From an uncultured cyanobacterium (lineage in GTDB: Bacteria > Cyanobacteriota > Cyanobacteriia > PCC-9006 > JAAUQQ01), in NCBI GenBank assembly GCA_963718615.1, contig OY970368.1, positions 960,001 through 1,024,000 on the forward strand: a DNA stretch of 64,000 bases, written 5' to 3'. Below, one piece after another: positions 9,176-19,820 of the stretch (position 1 is the stretch's first letter; every line of letters begins with the position of its first letter). The position numbers and the translations under genes are program-made. A model generated the notes under the pieces. The model saw only the letters and a program-made list of their open reading frames with translations. It was not told where the DNA came from and ran no database searches.

Positions 9176-11584
9176 GTGACTAAGTCAATTGGTGGACCCG
9201 ATCGCACACCGCCAGAGTTGTCCAAGGCTGCCGCTCAAGCTGATGAGATGACGGCCCAGGACCAAGACCTGGTGGATGATAAAGCGGACAAAACGGGCAA
9301 AGAACAAGGCAAAGAGAACAGCAAAGTTCGCCGTCGTGCCCGGAGATCTCGTAAGCGTCGTCTCCCCCCGGTAACTTTGCCACCGGCGATCGCCAAAGTG
9401 GTTAAAATGCGACGGTTTCAAGTTGTTTCCGCAATCGTTGTGGTTTCGGGGGTCGTCGTCGGCGGTTTAGCCTACGGGCGTCAGCAAATGATTGCTGCCT
9501 TGCCCGATCCTAACGGAGCCTTGACCTTTGCCCGTCGGGGCACGCTCACGATCAAGTCTGCCGATGGTCAGGTGCTGCAAAAATTGGGTCCTTCCACCCG
9601 CGAAGATGTCCCTCTCAGCAAGCTGCCTGACCAAGTGATCAAAGCCTTTATTGCCGCCGAAGATCGTCGTTTTTATAAACACGATGGCGTTGACTATCAG
9701 TCCATCGCCCGAGCTGTACGGGCCAATCTCACCGCCCAAGGCGTAGTTGAGGGAGGCAGTACAATCACTCAGCAGTTGGCTCGCATTGCCTTCCTAGACC
9801 AAGACCGAACGCTTCAGCGCAAACTGCGGGAAGCGCTGATGGCGCAAAAGCTAGAGCACGAACTGGGTAAGGACAAAATCCTAGAGCGCTATCTCAACCT
9901 CGTATATTTGGGCTCCGGCGCTTACGGTGTGGCCGATGCGGCCTGGATTTATTTTGGCAAAACGCCTGACAAGCTCACCCTATCGGAAGCCGCTACGATT
10001 GCCGGAGTCCCGCCTGCCCCAAGCGCCTATTCTCCCCTGGAAAATCCCGATTTGGCGAAGGAGCGTCGCGGCATTGTGCTGCAACGGATGGTACGAGAGG
10101 GTTTTATTAGCCAAGCTGAAGCCGACCAGGCCAATGCCTCTGAGCTAAAAACCAACTCCCAAATCCCCAAATACTTCAATAGCCAATCCCCCTATTTCAC
10201 CACCTACATTCAAAAAGAGCTCAGCAAGTTTTTGAGTAAGGAAGAAATAGAGGCAGGGGGATTAACCGTTGAAACCAGTCTCAATCTCAAATGGCAAGAT
10301 CACGCTTCTCAAATGGTTGTGGATTTTGTCAACAACGAGGGCTATTACCAAGGGTTCGAGCAGGCCGCGATGGCGATCATTGACCCAAAAACGGGTCAAA
10401 TTAAGGTGATGGTCGGGGGCGCAGATTTCAAAGATAGTCAGTTTAATCGGGTTACCCAAGCCCAGCGTCAGCCTGGGTCAACCTTCAAGACCTTTGTCTA
10501 TACCGCCGGGATTGCGGCGGGCTTTTCGCCCTACGACGTCTATAACGATGTGCCCCTTGAGGTGGATGGCTATAAACCCAAAAACTATGGCGGTAAACAC
10601 GCCGGCTCGATGAATATGATTCGGGCGCTAAGCTCTTCGGTCAATATCATTGCCCTGCGAGTTTTGCTAGATGCGGGATTTAAGCCGACGATCAACATGG
10701 CTCGGGCCATGGGCATCGAATCCAAGCTAGAGCCTACCTATTCCATGGCCCTGGGGGCTTGGGAGGTCAATCTGCTAGAGCTGACGAGTGCCTATGGGAC
10801 CTTGGCCAATAAAGGCGAGCATGTTCAGCCCCACGGCATTGTCAAAGTGGTCGATCGCACGGGCAAAGTTCTCGTGGATGGATCCAAGGAATACAAAGCG
10901 AAAAAAGCGGTAGATCCAGGTACAGCATCGATTATGACCTGGATGCTTGAGCAAGTGGTTGAAGCGGGGACCGGTGGACCTGCCTATTTGAGCGATCGCC
11001 AGGTCGCCGGAAAAACAGGAACTTCAGAGAAAGCTAGGGACCTCTGGTTTGTGGGATATATTCCGCAGCTTGTCGCTGGTGTTTGGTTAGGCAATGATGA
11101 CAACTATCCCACGGGGGGAACGAGCGGTACAGCAGCCTCCCTTTGGCATGAGGTGATGAAGGAAATCACCGCAGACCTTGATGTCGAAAAGTTTCCGAAT
11201 TTGCCGAATTTGGATACGCGCAAAGGCAGTATTAAGGCGGAGCCGATCAATCCCAATAGCTTCATTGAAGGTCGCTATGACCCAGAGCCTAAACGAAGCT
11301 ATTCGGACAATTCTGATGATGGCTATTCTAACGATAGCTATGCAGAGGACCCTTACTACGACAATAATAATTCGACGGACAATTATTACGACTCTAAACC
11401 TGAGCCCGAGCCCTACTATGAGCCCGAGCCCGAGCCCTACTATGAGCCCGAGCCCGAGCCCTACTATGAGCCCGAGCCCCAACCTGAGCCTGCTTATGAG
11501 GCACCACCACCCGAGCCTGCCTACGAGGAACCACCCCCGCCACCCCCGCCGCCCCCGTTGCCTGATGCCACTTCGGGTCAATAG
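9176..11584 (+). CDS. Class A penicillin-binding protein (transglycosylase/transpeptidase) with acidic Pro-rich tail
   Basis: EDRRFYKHDG, GGSTITQQLA, QPGSTFK, SVN, GKTGT motifs. Confidence 0.93.
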   Translation: MTKSIGGPDRTPPELSKAAAQADEMTAQDQDLVDDKADKTGKEQGKENSKVRRRARRSRKRRLPPVTLPPAIAKVVKMRRFQVVSAIVVVSGVVVGGLAYGRQQMIAALPDPNGALTFARRGTLTIKSADGQVLQKLGPSTREDVPLSKLPDQVIKAFIAAEDRRFYKHDGVDYQSIARAVRANLTAQGVVEGGSTITQQLARIAFLDQDRTLQRKLREALMAQKLEHELGKDKILERYLNLVYLGSGAYGVADAAWIYFGKTPDKLTLSEAATIAGVPPAPSAYSPLENPDLAKERRGIVLQRMVREGFISQAEADQANASELKTNSQIPKYFNSQSPYFTTYIQKELSKFLSKEEIEAGGLTVETSLNLKWQDHASQMVVDFVNNEGYYQGFEQAAMAIIDPKTGQIKVMVGGADFKDSQFNRVTQAQRQPGSTFKTFVYTAGIAAGFSPYDVYNDVPLEVDGYKPKNYGGKHAGSMNMIRALSSSVNIIALRVLLDAGFKPTINMARAMGIESKLEPTYSMALGAWEVNLLELTSAYGTLANKGEHVQPHGIVKVVDRTGKVLVDGSKEYKAKKAVDPGTASIMTWMLEQVVEAGTGGPAYLSDRQVAGKTGTSEKARDLWFVGYIPQLVAGVWLGNDDNYPTGGTSGTAASLWHEVMKEITADLDVEKFPNLPNLDTRKGSIKAEPINPNSFIEGRYDPEPKRSYSDNSDDGYSNDSYAEDPYYDNNNSTDNYYDSKPEPEPYYEPEPEPYYEPEPEPYYEPEPQPEPAYEAPPPEPAYEEPPPPPPPPPLPDATSGQ
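11400..11490 (+). repeat. 24-bp in-frame tandem repeat (EPEPEPYY x3) in PBP tail
   Basis: gagcccgagcccgagccctactat repeated. Confidence 0.9.
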
Positions 11585-11648
11585 GACGTAGGTTTAACGC
11601 CTCTGTAGTGCTGTCTGTGTTTATCTTTTTATCGATTGAGTGAGCTGC

Positions 11649-11864
11649 ATGTTTTTATCTTTGATATTTGCGATCGCCTCCGAAGCCTCCCGTCCCTTCC
11701 CCAAGCTCTTTGCCTTGGTCTACGGGGTTGGTTTTTTGGCGGCGGTTGTAGGGGGATCTTTGGCTTGGTATAACTCCAAGCGTCCTGCGGGTTGGGAAGA
11801 TGTAGAACGCCCGAGCTTTATCCCTGAGATTAAAACCAAGCTAGACGAGCAAGACAAAGATTAG
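11649..11864 (+). CDS. Small conserved cyanobacterial membrane protein
   Basis: VYGVGFLAAVVGGSLAWYNSKRPAGWED. Confidence 0.65.
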   Translation: MFLSLIFAIASEASRPFPKLFALVYGVGFLAAVVGGSLAWYNSKRPAGWEDVERPSFIPEIKTKLDEQDKD

Positions 11865-11953
11865 CGAGACTAAGGTGAGCAACACAAGTGCATCCGACGC
11901 GGGGACATGGCATTGTCATGTCCCTTAGATTAATAGATTAAGATCAGCATTCT

Positions 11954-12439
11954 TCAGGTAAGGGTTTCTAGACGATCCAGCCAATGGCGATAGATTTTCT
12001 GAACCGATTGCAACATGGCGCTAGGCGAGGGCTTCTCAACGCTACAGGCGGCATCGATTTCCTGGAGATGATTAAGCAGACGAGCCTCTTCAATCTCAAT
12101 GCTGCCATCGCTGTAGACCAGCGCACTGATGGCCTCTAGCAAATCATTGCAAGCCGTTGAATTGGGGCTACTGCCCAAATATTCCTCAATCCAGGCGTAA
12201 CACTGCTCCGGTTTGACTGAAACGAGCTCGTACAGGAAAGGCTTGAGTTCAGGGTCATTTTCTAAACCTTGCTGTTCCGCCAGATGCCGAAGATACTGCC
12301 GTTCTTCAACTTGGATGGTGCCATCAATCCAAGCCGCACCAATGAGAACCTTAAGGAGCATTTTGGTCCGGGATTGCGGGTTCCGGGATTGTGGGTTCCG
12401 GGATTGCATTACCATACTTGCCCTGCTCCTGGAATACAA
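11954..12439 (-). CDS. TerB-family (tellurite resistance-like) protein (start uncertain)
   Basis: LIGAAWIDGTIQVEERQYL...LVYSDGSIEIEEARLL. Confidence 0.8.
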   Translation of the reverse strand: MYSRSRASMVMQSRNPQSRNPQSRTKMLLKVLIGAAWIDGTIQVEERQYLRHLAEQQGLENDPELKPFLYELVSVKPEQCYAWIEEYLGSSPNSTACNDLLEAISALVYSDGSIEIEEARLLNHLQEIDAACSVEKPSPSAMLQSVQKIYRHWLDRLETLT

Positions 12440-12544
12440 TTGAGTGTTAATACATACTCTTTTAGCCTAGCCTGGGGATCAGAGCTTGGGCCTTAATCCA
12501 CTAGGATTCTTTACACCTTCACAGAAGATTAATGAGACCGCAGA

Positions 12545-13951
12545 TTAATGAGACCGCCGTAACCGCGCCATAAAGAATCCATCCTGATCGCTGCGGTGTG
12601 GCCAGACTTGATACCAGCCTTCAGGGGTGACATAGGCTAGGGCAGGGGAGTTGGCTTGGGGGGGGTCGAGTTTCCAGTGGGGATGGGTGCGTAAGAAGTC
12701 CTGAAGTTGCAGCTCGTTTTCCTGGGGCTGGAGCGTACAGGTGGCATAGACCAAGATGCCCTGAGGCTTTACCCAGGTTGCGGCGTGATGGAGCAAGTTT
12801 TTTTGCAGGTTAACCAGTGGGGCGATCGCCTCCGGTGTCTGTCGCCAGCGAGCATCTGCATGGCGGTGGATTGTTCCTAAGCCTGAACAGGGGACATCGA
12901 GCAAAACTCGATCGGCCCGGTTTTCAAACTGGGGCTGATTCGTGCTGTCGCCTTCGTGAATGCGGATATTTTTGAGCCCGAGACGTTTGGCATTTTGTTT
13001 GAGTTTGCGGAGTCGGGAAGCGGTGCGATCGCAGGCCCAAATCACCCCTTTGTTTTCCATCAGCTCAGCAATATGAGCCGTTTTTCCCCCCGGCGCAGCA
13101 CAGGCATCGATCACCGTTTCACCGGGCTGCGGGTCGAGCAAATGACTGACTAACTGAGCGCTGCTGTCTTGCACCATCCAGTGGCCTTCGGCGAAACCCG
13201 GTAGGGATTGAATGGGTCCGGCAGCTTCCTGGAGGCGGAGGGCTTGAGGTAGGTAGGGCAAACGCTCGACGGGAATGCCGGCGGCTTGAAAGGCAGCTTC
13301 GGTGGTCTCCAGGCTGGTCACGAGGGGATTGATACGCAGGTCAATGCTGGGGGTTTGGTTGAACCAATGGGCGATCGCCACCACTTCGTCGGGGGGCAGT
13401 TGCGATCGCCAGGTTTCAATCATCCAATCAGGATAGCTCTGCTCAATTCCCAAGCGTTGCACCGGGTCTTCGGGCAATTGCAATGGATCCTCACCGGCAT
13501 CCCGCTGACGCAAATACTGACGCAGAAGCCCATTGATAAACCCTGCCAATCCGGTCAGTCCTTCGGTTTTGGCCAGTTCGACGGTGGTATTGACCGCTGC
13601 GGAAGGGGGAATCTGGTCAAGATAGCGCAGTTGATACAATCCTAGGTGTAGCAACAACCGGAGTTTGGGTACCTGCTGGCGGGCTGGCTTTTGGGCCAGT
13701 TGATCGATCAAGGTATCTAGGGTACGCTGGCGGCGAATGCAGCCGTACACCAGTTCTGTGGCCAAGCGGCGATCGGCGGAGCTGAGGGCTGGGTTTTGAG
13801 CTGGATTTTGGGCTGGATTTTGGGTTGATTTTTGAGACTGGGCCAATTTTTGAGACTGGGTCAGGGCGCGATCAAGGGCAACATCGGCATAGGCTCCAGC
13901 TTCTATGGCACAGAGGGCGATAAAGGCAAGTTGGCGGGCAGGTGAGGTCAC
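12545..13951 (-). CDS. rsmB: 16S rRNA (cytosine967-C5) methyltransferase
   Basis: NusB-like N-terminus, DACAAPGGKT, DVPCSGLG, YATCT, DGFF. Confidence 0.95.
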   Translation of the reverse strand: MTSPARQLAFIALCAIEAGAYADVALDRALTQSQKLAQSQKSTQNPAQNPAQNPALSSADRRLATELVYGCIRRQRTLDTLIDQLAQKPARQQVPKLRLLLHLGLYQLRYLDQIPPSAAVNTTVELAKTEGLTGLAGFINGLLRQYLRQRDAGEDPLQLPEDPVQRLGIEQSYPDWMIETWRSQLPPDEVVAIAHWFNQTPSIDLRINPLVTSLETTEAAFQAAGIPVERLPYLPQALRLQEAAGPIQSLPGFAEGHWMVQDSSAQLVSHLLDPQPGETVIDACAAPGGKTAHIAELMENKGVIWACDRTASRLRKLKQNAKRLGLKNIRIHEGDSTNQPQFENRADRVLLDVPCSGLGTIHRHADARWRQTPEAIAPLVNLQKNLLHHAATWVKPQGILVYATCTLQPQENELQLQDFLRTHPHWKLDPPQANSPALAYVTPEGWYQVWPHRSDQDGFFMARLRRSH

Positions 13952-13991
13952 AGGTTCGAGGAAAATGGGGAAGAGAGATCATCCTAGCGGT

Positions 13992-16664
13992 TTATCGGGG
14001 CATTTCCAGCGTGCCTCGGGTGACGCCGAGCTGGTTTTGGAGTTTGAGCGATCGCCACAGCGCTTTCCCATCCAGATGACCGGCCAGGAGACGCTGGTAA
14101 GATCGCAGGATTTGGGTGACTTGGTCTGGGGTTTCTTGCAAAAACTCGATGCGGAAATGGTGGAGTCCGGCGGTTCGCAACAGGTCAATGGCCTCGGCAC
14201 CGGTTTGGGCGGTGCTGTTGAAGAGGGTATTGCGGCATCCGGCATCGGCGTGGAGGAGGTGGTCTTTGCCAACGCGATCGCGCAGTTTCACCTCGTGGGT
14301 TTCGCAGGGCCGTCCGCAGTCGCGGAAGTCTTTGCCTTCGGACAAAAAGGCGCAGAAGACGCAGTGCTCCATATGGAACATGGGCATATGCTGATGAATC
14401 GTGACCTCTAGCCAGTCGGGGGGACAGTGGCGAGCCAGGGCTGCGAGTTGCTGGGCGTTGAGATCGTAGGAGGCGGTGAGACGGCTGAGGTTGAACTGTT
14501 GCTTGAAATACTCAGCGGTGAGGGGGTTGGCCACGTTAAGCGAAAAATCGCCGATGCAGGCTTCGGCGGGGAGGTCGGCAAAATAGTCGAGCTGGTCGTA
14601 ATTGCGAATCAGGTAGCCATCGGCACCGGCCTTGCGGATTTGGTCGAGGATGTAGCGTTCTTTGGGCTTCGTAATTCGCGGTGGGGCGAGGAAGAGTTTG
14701 GGAGGGGTGATGGGGTGATGGGGGGATGGGGTCCAGGCGCGGATGAGGGCGACGGCTTGGCGATATTGGGCGGGGTCTTCGAGTTCGCAGTAGAGGGTCG
14801 TGATTCCGGCTTCGAGGGCAGGCCGGAGCTGGGCTAACCGCCGGACTAAGACCATTAGCTCGACCGTTTCATCTATTTTCTGCGGATTCTCCCCTTGCCC
14901 ACCCTGGGGAGAGGGGTCGGGGGTGAGGGGGACTGTTTGTAGATTTGCGGGTGGATTTGCGGGTGGATTCAAGGTCCAACGGGGTAGATCTTTGGCACTT
15001 GCTCCCGCCGATCGCTCCCGCAATTGATCCAACTGCTCCACCAAGGCTCGCCGCATGCGATTCAGCTCGCTCACGGGCAAAATTCCTTCGCCCTCTAGCG
15101 CCACCGTCAGCTCCGCCAACTCGTAGGCCGTATTGCCCAGGCGGCTAAACTGCTGCTGAAGTCGTTCAGGGGTGAGGGGTTGGTTTTGGGCGGGTTCGAG
15201 CACCTGGCTGGATTCGACTTGGACGCTCTGGTTTTGGGGGTCTTGGGCGATCGCCCGCAAAGGCTGTCCCACACCCCCCTGAATTGTTACCCGAATCGGG
15301 CATTTCAGCAGGGCCTTTTCACGGTTTTCACTGCTGTAGGTTTGGCGGATACGGCGGCTGAGGGCGGGATCGCTGGTTTTGTAGAGGCGATCGCCCACCT
15401 GAATCCTACGCAAATCCAAATCCCGCCGCCCGAAGGCCACTAGCGTCTCTTTCCCCCGTGCCTCGACGCCGTAAACGCGCCCCCCCTGTTCTTTCTCCTT
15501 GGCATAATCCCCGGCAAAGACCACGCCATCTCCGGCACTGAGCGGCGCTTCCAGCCGAATCGCAATTTTCGGGTCTTTCCCCGGCAAAATGCGCCGGACT
15601 TGGCCCAGGTAAACGCCCCGCTTTTTGGCAAATTCGCCATGGACCAGCTTCTGGTTATCAATCCCCTCAAACCAACCGGTGTAAAGTCCCCGCGAAAAGG
15701 CCATTTCCAGTTCATATTGAGCCTCGGGATCCGGTTGGCCCAAAGCCTGAAGAGTCACCGCTGTTTCTAAATCCGCCATCACCCGGTCCAGGGCTTCCCG
15801 ATAGACCCGTGTGACGCTGGCCACATATTCTGGGGCCTTGAGCCGTCCTTCAATTTTGAGACAGCTCACCCCCGATCGCACCAATTCCGGCAACACCGAC
15901 AGCCCCGCCAAATCCTGGGGACTGAGGAGATAGCGGCGATCGCCCAACGCCCGCACCTCCCCATCCACCACTAGTTCATAGGGCATCCGGCAAGCCTGGG
16001 CGCATTCTCCCCGATTCGCCGATCGCCCCCCCAGCGCCTCACTGGTCAAGCACTGTCCCGAATAGGCCACACAAAGCGCCCCATGGACAAAGACTTCCAG
16101 GGGGAGGGATTTCCCTGGCCGAACAGCCATCTGGGCCTGAATTTTTTCAATTTCTGCGATCGAACATTCCCGCGCCAACACCACCAGTTCACAGCCCAGG
16201 TTTTCGGCAAACGCCACCCCGGCGGCACTGGTAATCGTCATCTGAGTTGAGGCATGAATCGGGAAATCCGGCGATAGCTGGCGTATCAAGCGACAGAGCC
16301 CTACGTCCTGGACAATGGCTGCGTCTACCCCGGCGGTGATCAGCGATCGCAAATACCCCTCAATCTCCGCCAACTCTTCCGTAAAAATCAACGTATTGAC
16401 CGTTACATAGCCCCTTACCCCTCGTTGGTGTAGAAAGGTCATCAAGTCCGGCAGATCGGCTTCCGTAAAGTTGTGGGCGCGCATTCTGGCATTGAAGCGA
16501 TCGAGGCCAAAGTAAATAGCGTCGGCTCCATTTTCTACCGCCGCCTTGACACAGTCCCAATCCCCGGCTGGAGCCAATAGGACAGGTCGCTGATGGACCA
16601 AAGATCGGTGGTCATTCGCCTCAAATGGGGAAGAATTAGAGGAGAGCACAGAAGCAACATGCAT
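13992..16664 (-). CDS. Peptidase U32 family protein with DUF3656 (RlhA-like rRNA hydroxylase)
   Basis: LLAPAG, EVFVHGALCVAYSGQC, SANRGECAQACR, KIEGRLK. Confidence 0.9.
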   Translation of the reverse strand: MHVASVLSSNSSPFEANDHRSLVHQRPVLLAPAGDWDCVKAAVENGADAIYFGLDRFNARMRAHNFTEADLPDLMTFLHQRGVRGYVTVNTLIFTEELAEIEGYLRSLITAGVDAAIVQDVGLCRLIRQLSPDFPIHASTQMTITSAAGVAFAENLGCELVVLARECSIAEIEKIQAQMAVRPGKSLPLEVFVHGALCVAYSGQCLTSEALGGRSANRGECAQACRMPYELVVDGEVRALGDRRYLLSPQDLAGLSVLPELVRSGVSCLKIEGRLKAPEYVASVTRVYREALDRVMADLETAVTLQALGQPDPEAQYELEMAFSRGLYTGWFEGIDNQKLVHGEFAKKRGVYLGQVRRILPGKDPKIAIRLEAPLSAGDGVVFAGDYAKEKEQGGRVYGVEARGKETLVAFGRRDLDLRRIQVGDRLYKTSDPALSRRIRQTYSSENREKALLKCPIRVTIQGGVGQPLRAIAQDPQNQSVQVESSQVLEPAQNQPLTPERLQQQFSRLGNTAYELAELTVALEGEGILPVSELNRMRRALVEQLDQLRERSAGASAKDLPRWTLNPPANPPANLQTVPLTPDPSPQGGQGENPQKIDETVELMVLVRRLAQLRPALEAGITTLYCELEDPAQYRQAVALIRAWTPSPHHPITPPKLFLAPPRITKPKERYILDQIRKAGADGYLIRNYDQLDYFADLPAEACIGDFSLNVANPLTAEYFKQQFNLSRLTASYDLNAQQLAALARHCPPDWLEVTIHQHMPMFHMEHCVFCAFLSEGKDFRDCGRPCETHEVKLRDRVGKDHLLHADAGCRNTLFNSTAQTGAEAIDLLRTAGLHHFRIEFLQETPDQVTQILRSYQRLLAGHLDGKALWRSLKLQNQLGVTRGTLEMPR

Positions 16665-17099
16665 AGCTCAGTATTGGGCGGTCGAAATTTTCACTCAAAA
16701 ATTAGCAGTTTGGCGCTAGCGCCTTGGACTCGATTCGATCAAATCCTTCTAAAATATCGTCCCATCGATTTACAAGATTGTCTTTGCATTTTGGGGGTAT
16801 CCCCAGATTGGAGTCATCTGCCGCAAAAACCCTGTTTTTTTCTCTTGCACAAAGGACAAAAATTTGTCTTTTATTGCGTACAAACTCTGAGGATAGGAAT
16901 ATTCAAGCGACACAGCCATCTCTTTGAGGTTTTCGTAAAGTCTCTTACGGCTTCTCCGTGATGATAGCTATGATGCTCAGTAACTCCGTCCCATTTTCCC
17001 GATACACCCGATACATTGGAAACGGCTTGACCTGTTAGCTCATTACATCTATTAAAGCAATTTCATCGCAACCAGGTTGCATAGGTCCCAAGAGTAAAT

Positions 17100-18575
17100 A
17101 TGAAAAAAAATACAATCATTATTGGTGCGGGTCCTGCGGGGTTAACTGCGGCTTACGAGCTCTGTAAGCATGGAATTGCCTCAACGGTTCTCGAACAGGG
17201 CGAAAAAGTAGGAGGTATTTCTCGGACAGAAACTTATAAAGGTTATCGATTTGACATTGGTGGACATCGGTTTTTTACGAAGATTGGCGAAGTTCAAACC
17301 CTATGGAATGAAGTTCTAGGAAAGGAATTTATCAAGGTTCCTCGGCTCTCTAGGATTTATTATCAAGGTAAATTTTTTAACTATCCCCTATCGATTGGCA
17401 ATACCCTTCGAAACTTGGGACCTTTCAATAGCGCAGCCATTGGATTGAGCTATCTCAAGGCTCGGCTTCAGGCTCGATTTTTTCCAGGGAAAGAGGCCGA
17501 GAACTTCGAAGATTGGGTGAGCGAACGGTTTGGCCGTCGTCTCTATCGCACCTTTTTTAAGACTTACACCGAGAAAGTGTGGGGAATTCCCTGCGACAAA
17601 ATTCAGGCGGAATGGGCAGCTCAGCGGATTAAGGGGTTATCGCTGAAAAAGGCGGTGATGGATGCGATCGTGGGCAGCAGTGATGCCAAAACCCTAATCA
17701 AGGAGTTTGATTATCCCCTCCATGGTCCCGGCATGATGTGGGAGCGGTTTCAGGAGAAGGTAGAAGCTCAAGGGTCTGAGGTTCAGGTGGAGACGCGGGT
17801 GATTCGCCTAGACCACCACGAGGGCCGGATTCAGCGAGTGATTGCGGAGCGAGCAGGCAAAACCCTAGAGCTGGCCGGTGAGCACTTTGTCTCGACGATG
17901 CCGGTTACGGCCCTAGTTCAGCGGTTGAACCCTGCTCCTCCCGAGAAGATTCTACAGGCGGCTCGCAGCTTGAAGTACCGCGACTTTTTGATTGTGGCGC
18001 TGATTGTCGACCAAGAGGATTTATTTCCAGACAACTGGATTTATATCCATAGCCCCGAGTTTAAGGTGGGTCGTATCCAGAACTTCAAAAACTGGAGCCC
18101 TGCCATGGTGCCCGATGCCCGCAAAACCTGTTTGGGCATGGAGTATTTCTGTAGTGAAGGGGATGCCCTCTGGGAAATGTCGGAGTCGGAGCTGATTGAG
18201 CTGGCGAGCCAGGAGGTCCGGGGCTTGGGGCTGATGGCGGCGGCGACTCAAATCGAAGATGGAACGGTAATTCGCCAGCGCAAGGCCTACCCAGTGTATG
18301 ACGGAGAATACCGTGACCATCTTCAGGTTCTACGGAACTATCTCTGCCAGTTTGAGAATCTTCAAACGGTGGGCCGCAATGGGATGCACCGCTACAACAA
18401 TCAAGATCACTCGATGTTGACCGGGCTCCTCGCCGCAAAAAATATTCTGGGTGAATCCCATGATCTGTGGGAGGTCAATACGGAGCGTTCCTATTATGAA
18501 GATTTCACAAAGGAACAGTGGTCGCAGCTCAAGCAAGCCCAGCAAAAGCGTCAGCAAGAAGCCCTTGCGGCCTAG
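17100..18575 (+). CDS. FAD-dependent oxidoreductase (UDP-galactopyranose mutase/protoporphyrinogen oxidase-like)
   Basis: [35 protein letters not shown]. Confidence 0.85.
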   Translation: MKKNTIIIGAGPAGLTAAYELCKHGIASTVLEQGEKVGGISRTETYKGYRFDIGGHRFFTKIGEVQTLWNEVLGKEFIKVPRLSRIYYQGKFFNYPLSIGNTLRNLGPFNSAAIGLSYLKARLQARFFPGKEAENFEDWVSERFGRRLYRTFFKTYTEKVWGIPCDKIQAEWAAQRIKGLSLKKAVMDAIVGSSDAKTLIKEFDYPLHGPGMMWERFQEKVEAQGSEVQVETRVIRLDHHEGRIQRVIAERAGKTLELAGEHFVSTMPVTALVQRLNPAPPEKILQAARSLKYRDFLIVALIVDQEDLFPDNWIYIHSPEFKVGRIQNFKNWSPAMVPDARKTCLGMEYFCSEGDALWEMSESELIELASQEVRGLGLMAAATQIEDGTVIRQRKAYPVYDGEYRDHLQVLRNYLCQFENLQTVGRNGMHRYNNQDHSMLTGLLAAKNILGESHDLWEVNTERSYYEDFTKEQWSQLKQAQQKRQQEALAA

Positions 18576-18586
18576 AGGAGGAGCAG

Positions 18587-19492
18587 ATGGTTGCAAACGT
18601 AGTCCTGCCTTATACCTCAGTAATTATACCGACGTATAATCGACCGGAACGGCTGGGGGCTTGTCTAGGGGCGTTAGCGCGGCTGGATTATCCGGGCGAT
18701 CGCCTCGAAGTCATCGTGGTAGACGACGGCAGCCCTCAAACTCTAGAACCGGTCCTAGCCCCGTTTAACCCTCAGCTCAATCTAACGCTGATCCAGCAAG
18801 CGAATAGGGGTCCAGCCACTGCTCGCAACCGGGGAGCCGCTGCGGCCCAGGGAGATCTGCTGGTATTCACTGACGATGACTGTCTGCCTGAACCAGGATG
18901 GCTACGGGCTTTTGCTGTGTGCTGGCAATCTGCGCCGGGAGCCCTTCTGGGGGGCAAAACGCTGAATGCCTTGGCGGAGAATCTGTATTCCACGGCATCC
19001 CAGCAGTTAATTGATTATCTCTACGACTATTACAACCAGCCGAACCAAGCCATTCAGTTTTTTGCTTCGAATAACATTGCCATGGGGCGCGATCGCTTCC
19101 TCGAAATCGGCGGGTTTGATGTGACGTTCCCGCTGGCGGCGGCGGAGGACCGGGAGTTTTGCGATCGCTGGCTACACCTGGGCTATTCCCTAGAATATGT
19201 GCCGGAAGCCCAAATTCGCCATGCCCATCATCTGACGCTGGGCTCGTTTTGGCGGCAGCATTTTGGCTATGGGCGCGGGGCGTTTTGTTTTCACCAGGTG
19301 CGAGCCCAGCGCAAGGCGGAGCCGATTCAGGTGGAGCCGCTGTCGTTTTATACGGATTTGTTGACCTATCCCCTGAAGGCGAAGTCGAGCCATCCGGGGC
19401 TGTTGGTGTCGGGGCTCTTTTTTCTGTCTCAGGTTGCAACAACAACGGGATTTTTTAGGGAGCGGTGGGGAGCACCTAGATCGTCAACCTAA
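18587..19492 (+). CDS. Glycosyltransferase family 2
   Basis: SVIIPTYNR, VVDDGS, GPATARNRG, FTDDDC; RBS gaggag upstream. Confidence 0.9.
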   Translation: MVANVVLPYTSVIIPTYNRPERLGACLGALARLDYPGDRLEVIVVDDGSPQTLEPVLAPFNPQLNLTLIQQANRGPATARNRGAAAAQGDLLVFTDDDCLPEPGWLRAFAVCWQSAPGALLGGKTLNALAENLYSTASQQLIDYLYDYYNQPNQAIQFFASNNIAMGRDRFLEIGGFDVTFPLAAAEDREFCDRWLHLGYSLEYVPEAQIRHAHHLTLGSFWRQHFGYGRGAFCFHQVRAQRKAEPIQVEPLSFYTDLLTYPLKAKSSHPGLLVSGLFFLSQVATTTGFFRERWGAPRSST

Positions 19493-19820
19493 GGTCAGAT
19501 ACCGCGTGTTTTCAACCCCCCGCTTGAGCTTCCCCCATCTGAGCATTTACATTAGATTGATTGCGGATCGATCCCTTGCGGGCGAAACCGTAATGTTTGC
19601 GATGTAGGCCCAGTCCGGTGCTGTGTGGTTTCCGAGGCCAACCCTGATATCTGGAACGGCATCTCATTGCATCATAGGGCGATCGCCCACCCCCTGCTGC
19701 AACTGGCTCTCGATTACAAAAAATCTTGACAGGCAAGGAATCAAAGCAACGCTAGGATAGGAGCCGAAACCCTCGTTGTGGGGTTTCGCGATCACAACAA
19801 AACCTCTCGCCGTAACCGCC

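Noticed and set aside
11400-11560. Regular repeats resembling an array
   Set aside because: In-frame Pro/Glu/Tyr low-complexity tail of the PBP.
19500-19740. Possible ncRNA or small ORF between GT2 and CDF
   Set aside because: No recognisable RNA motif; only a faint Uma2-tail-like translation (GIDPQSI*), too weak to call.
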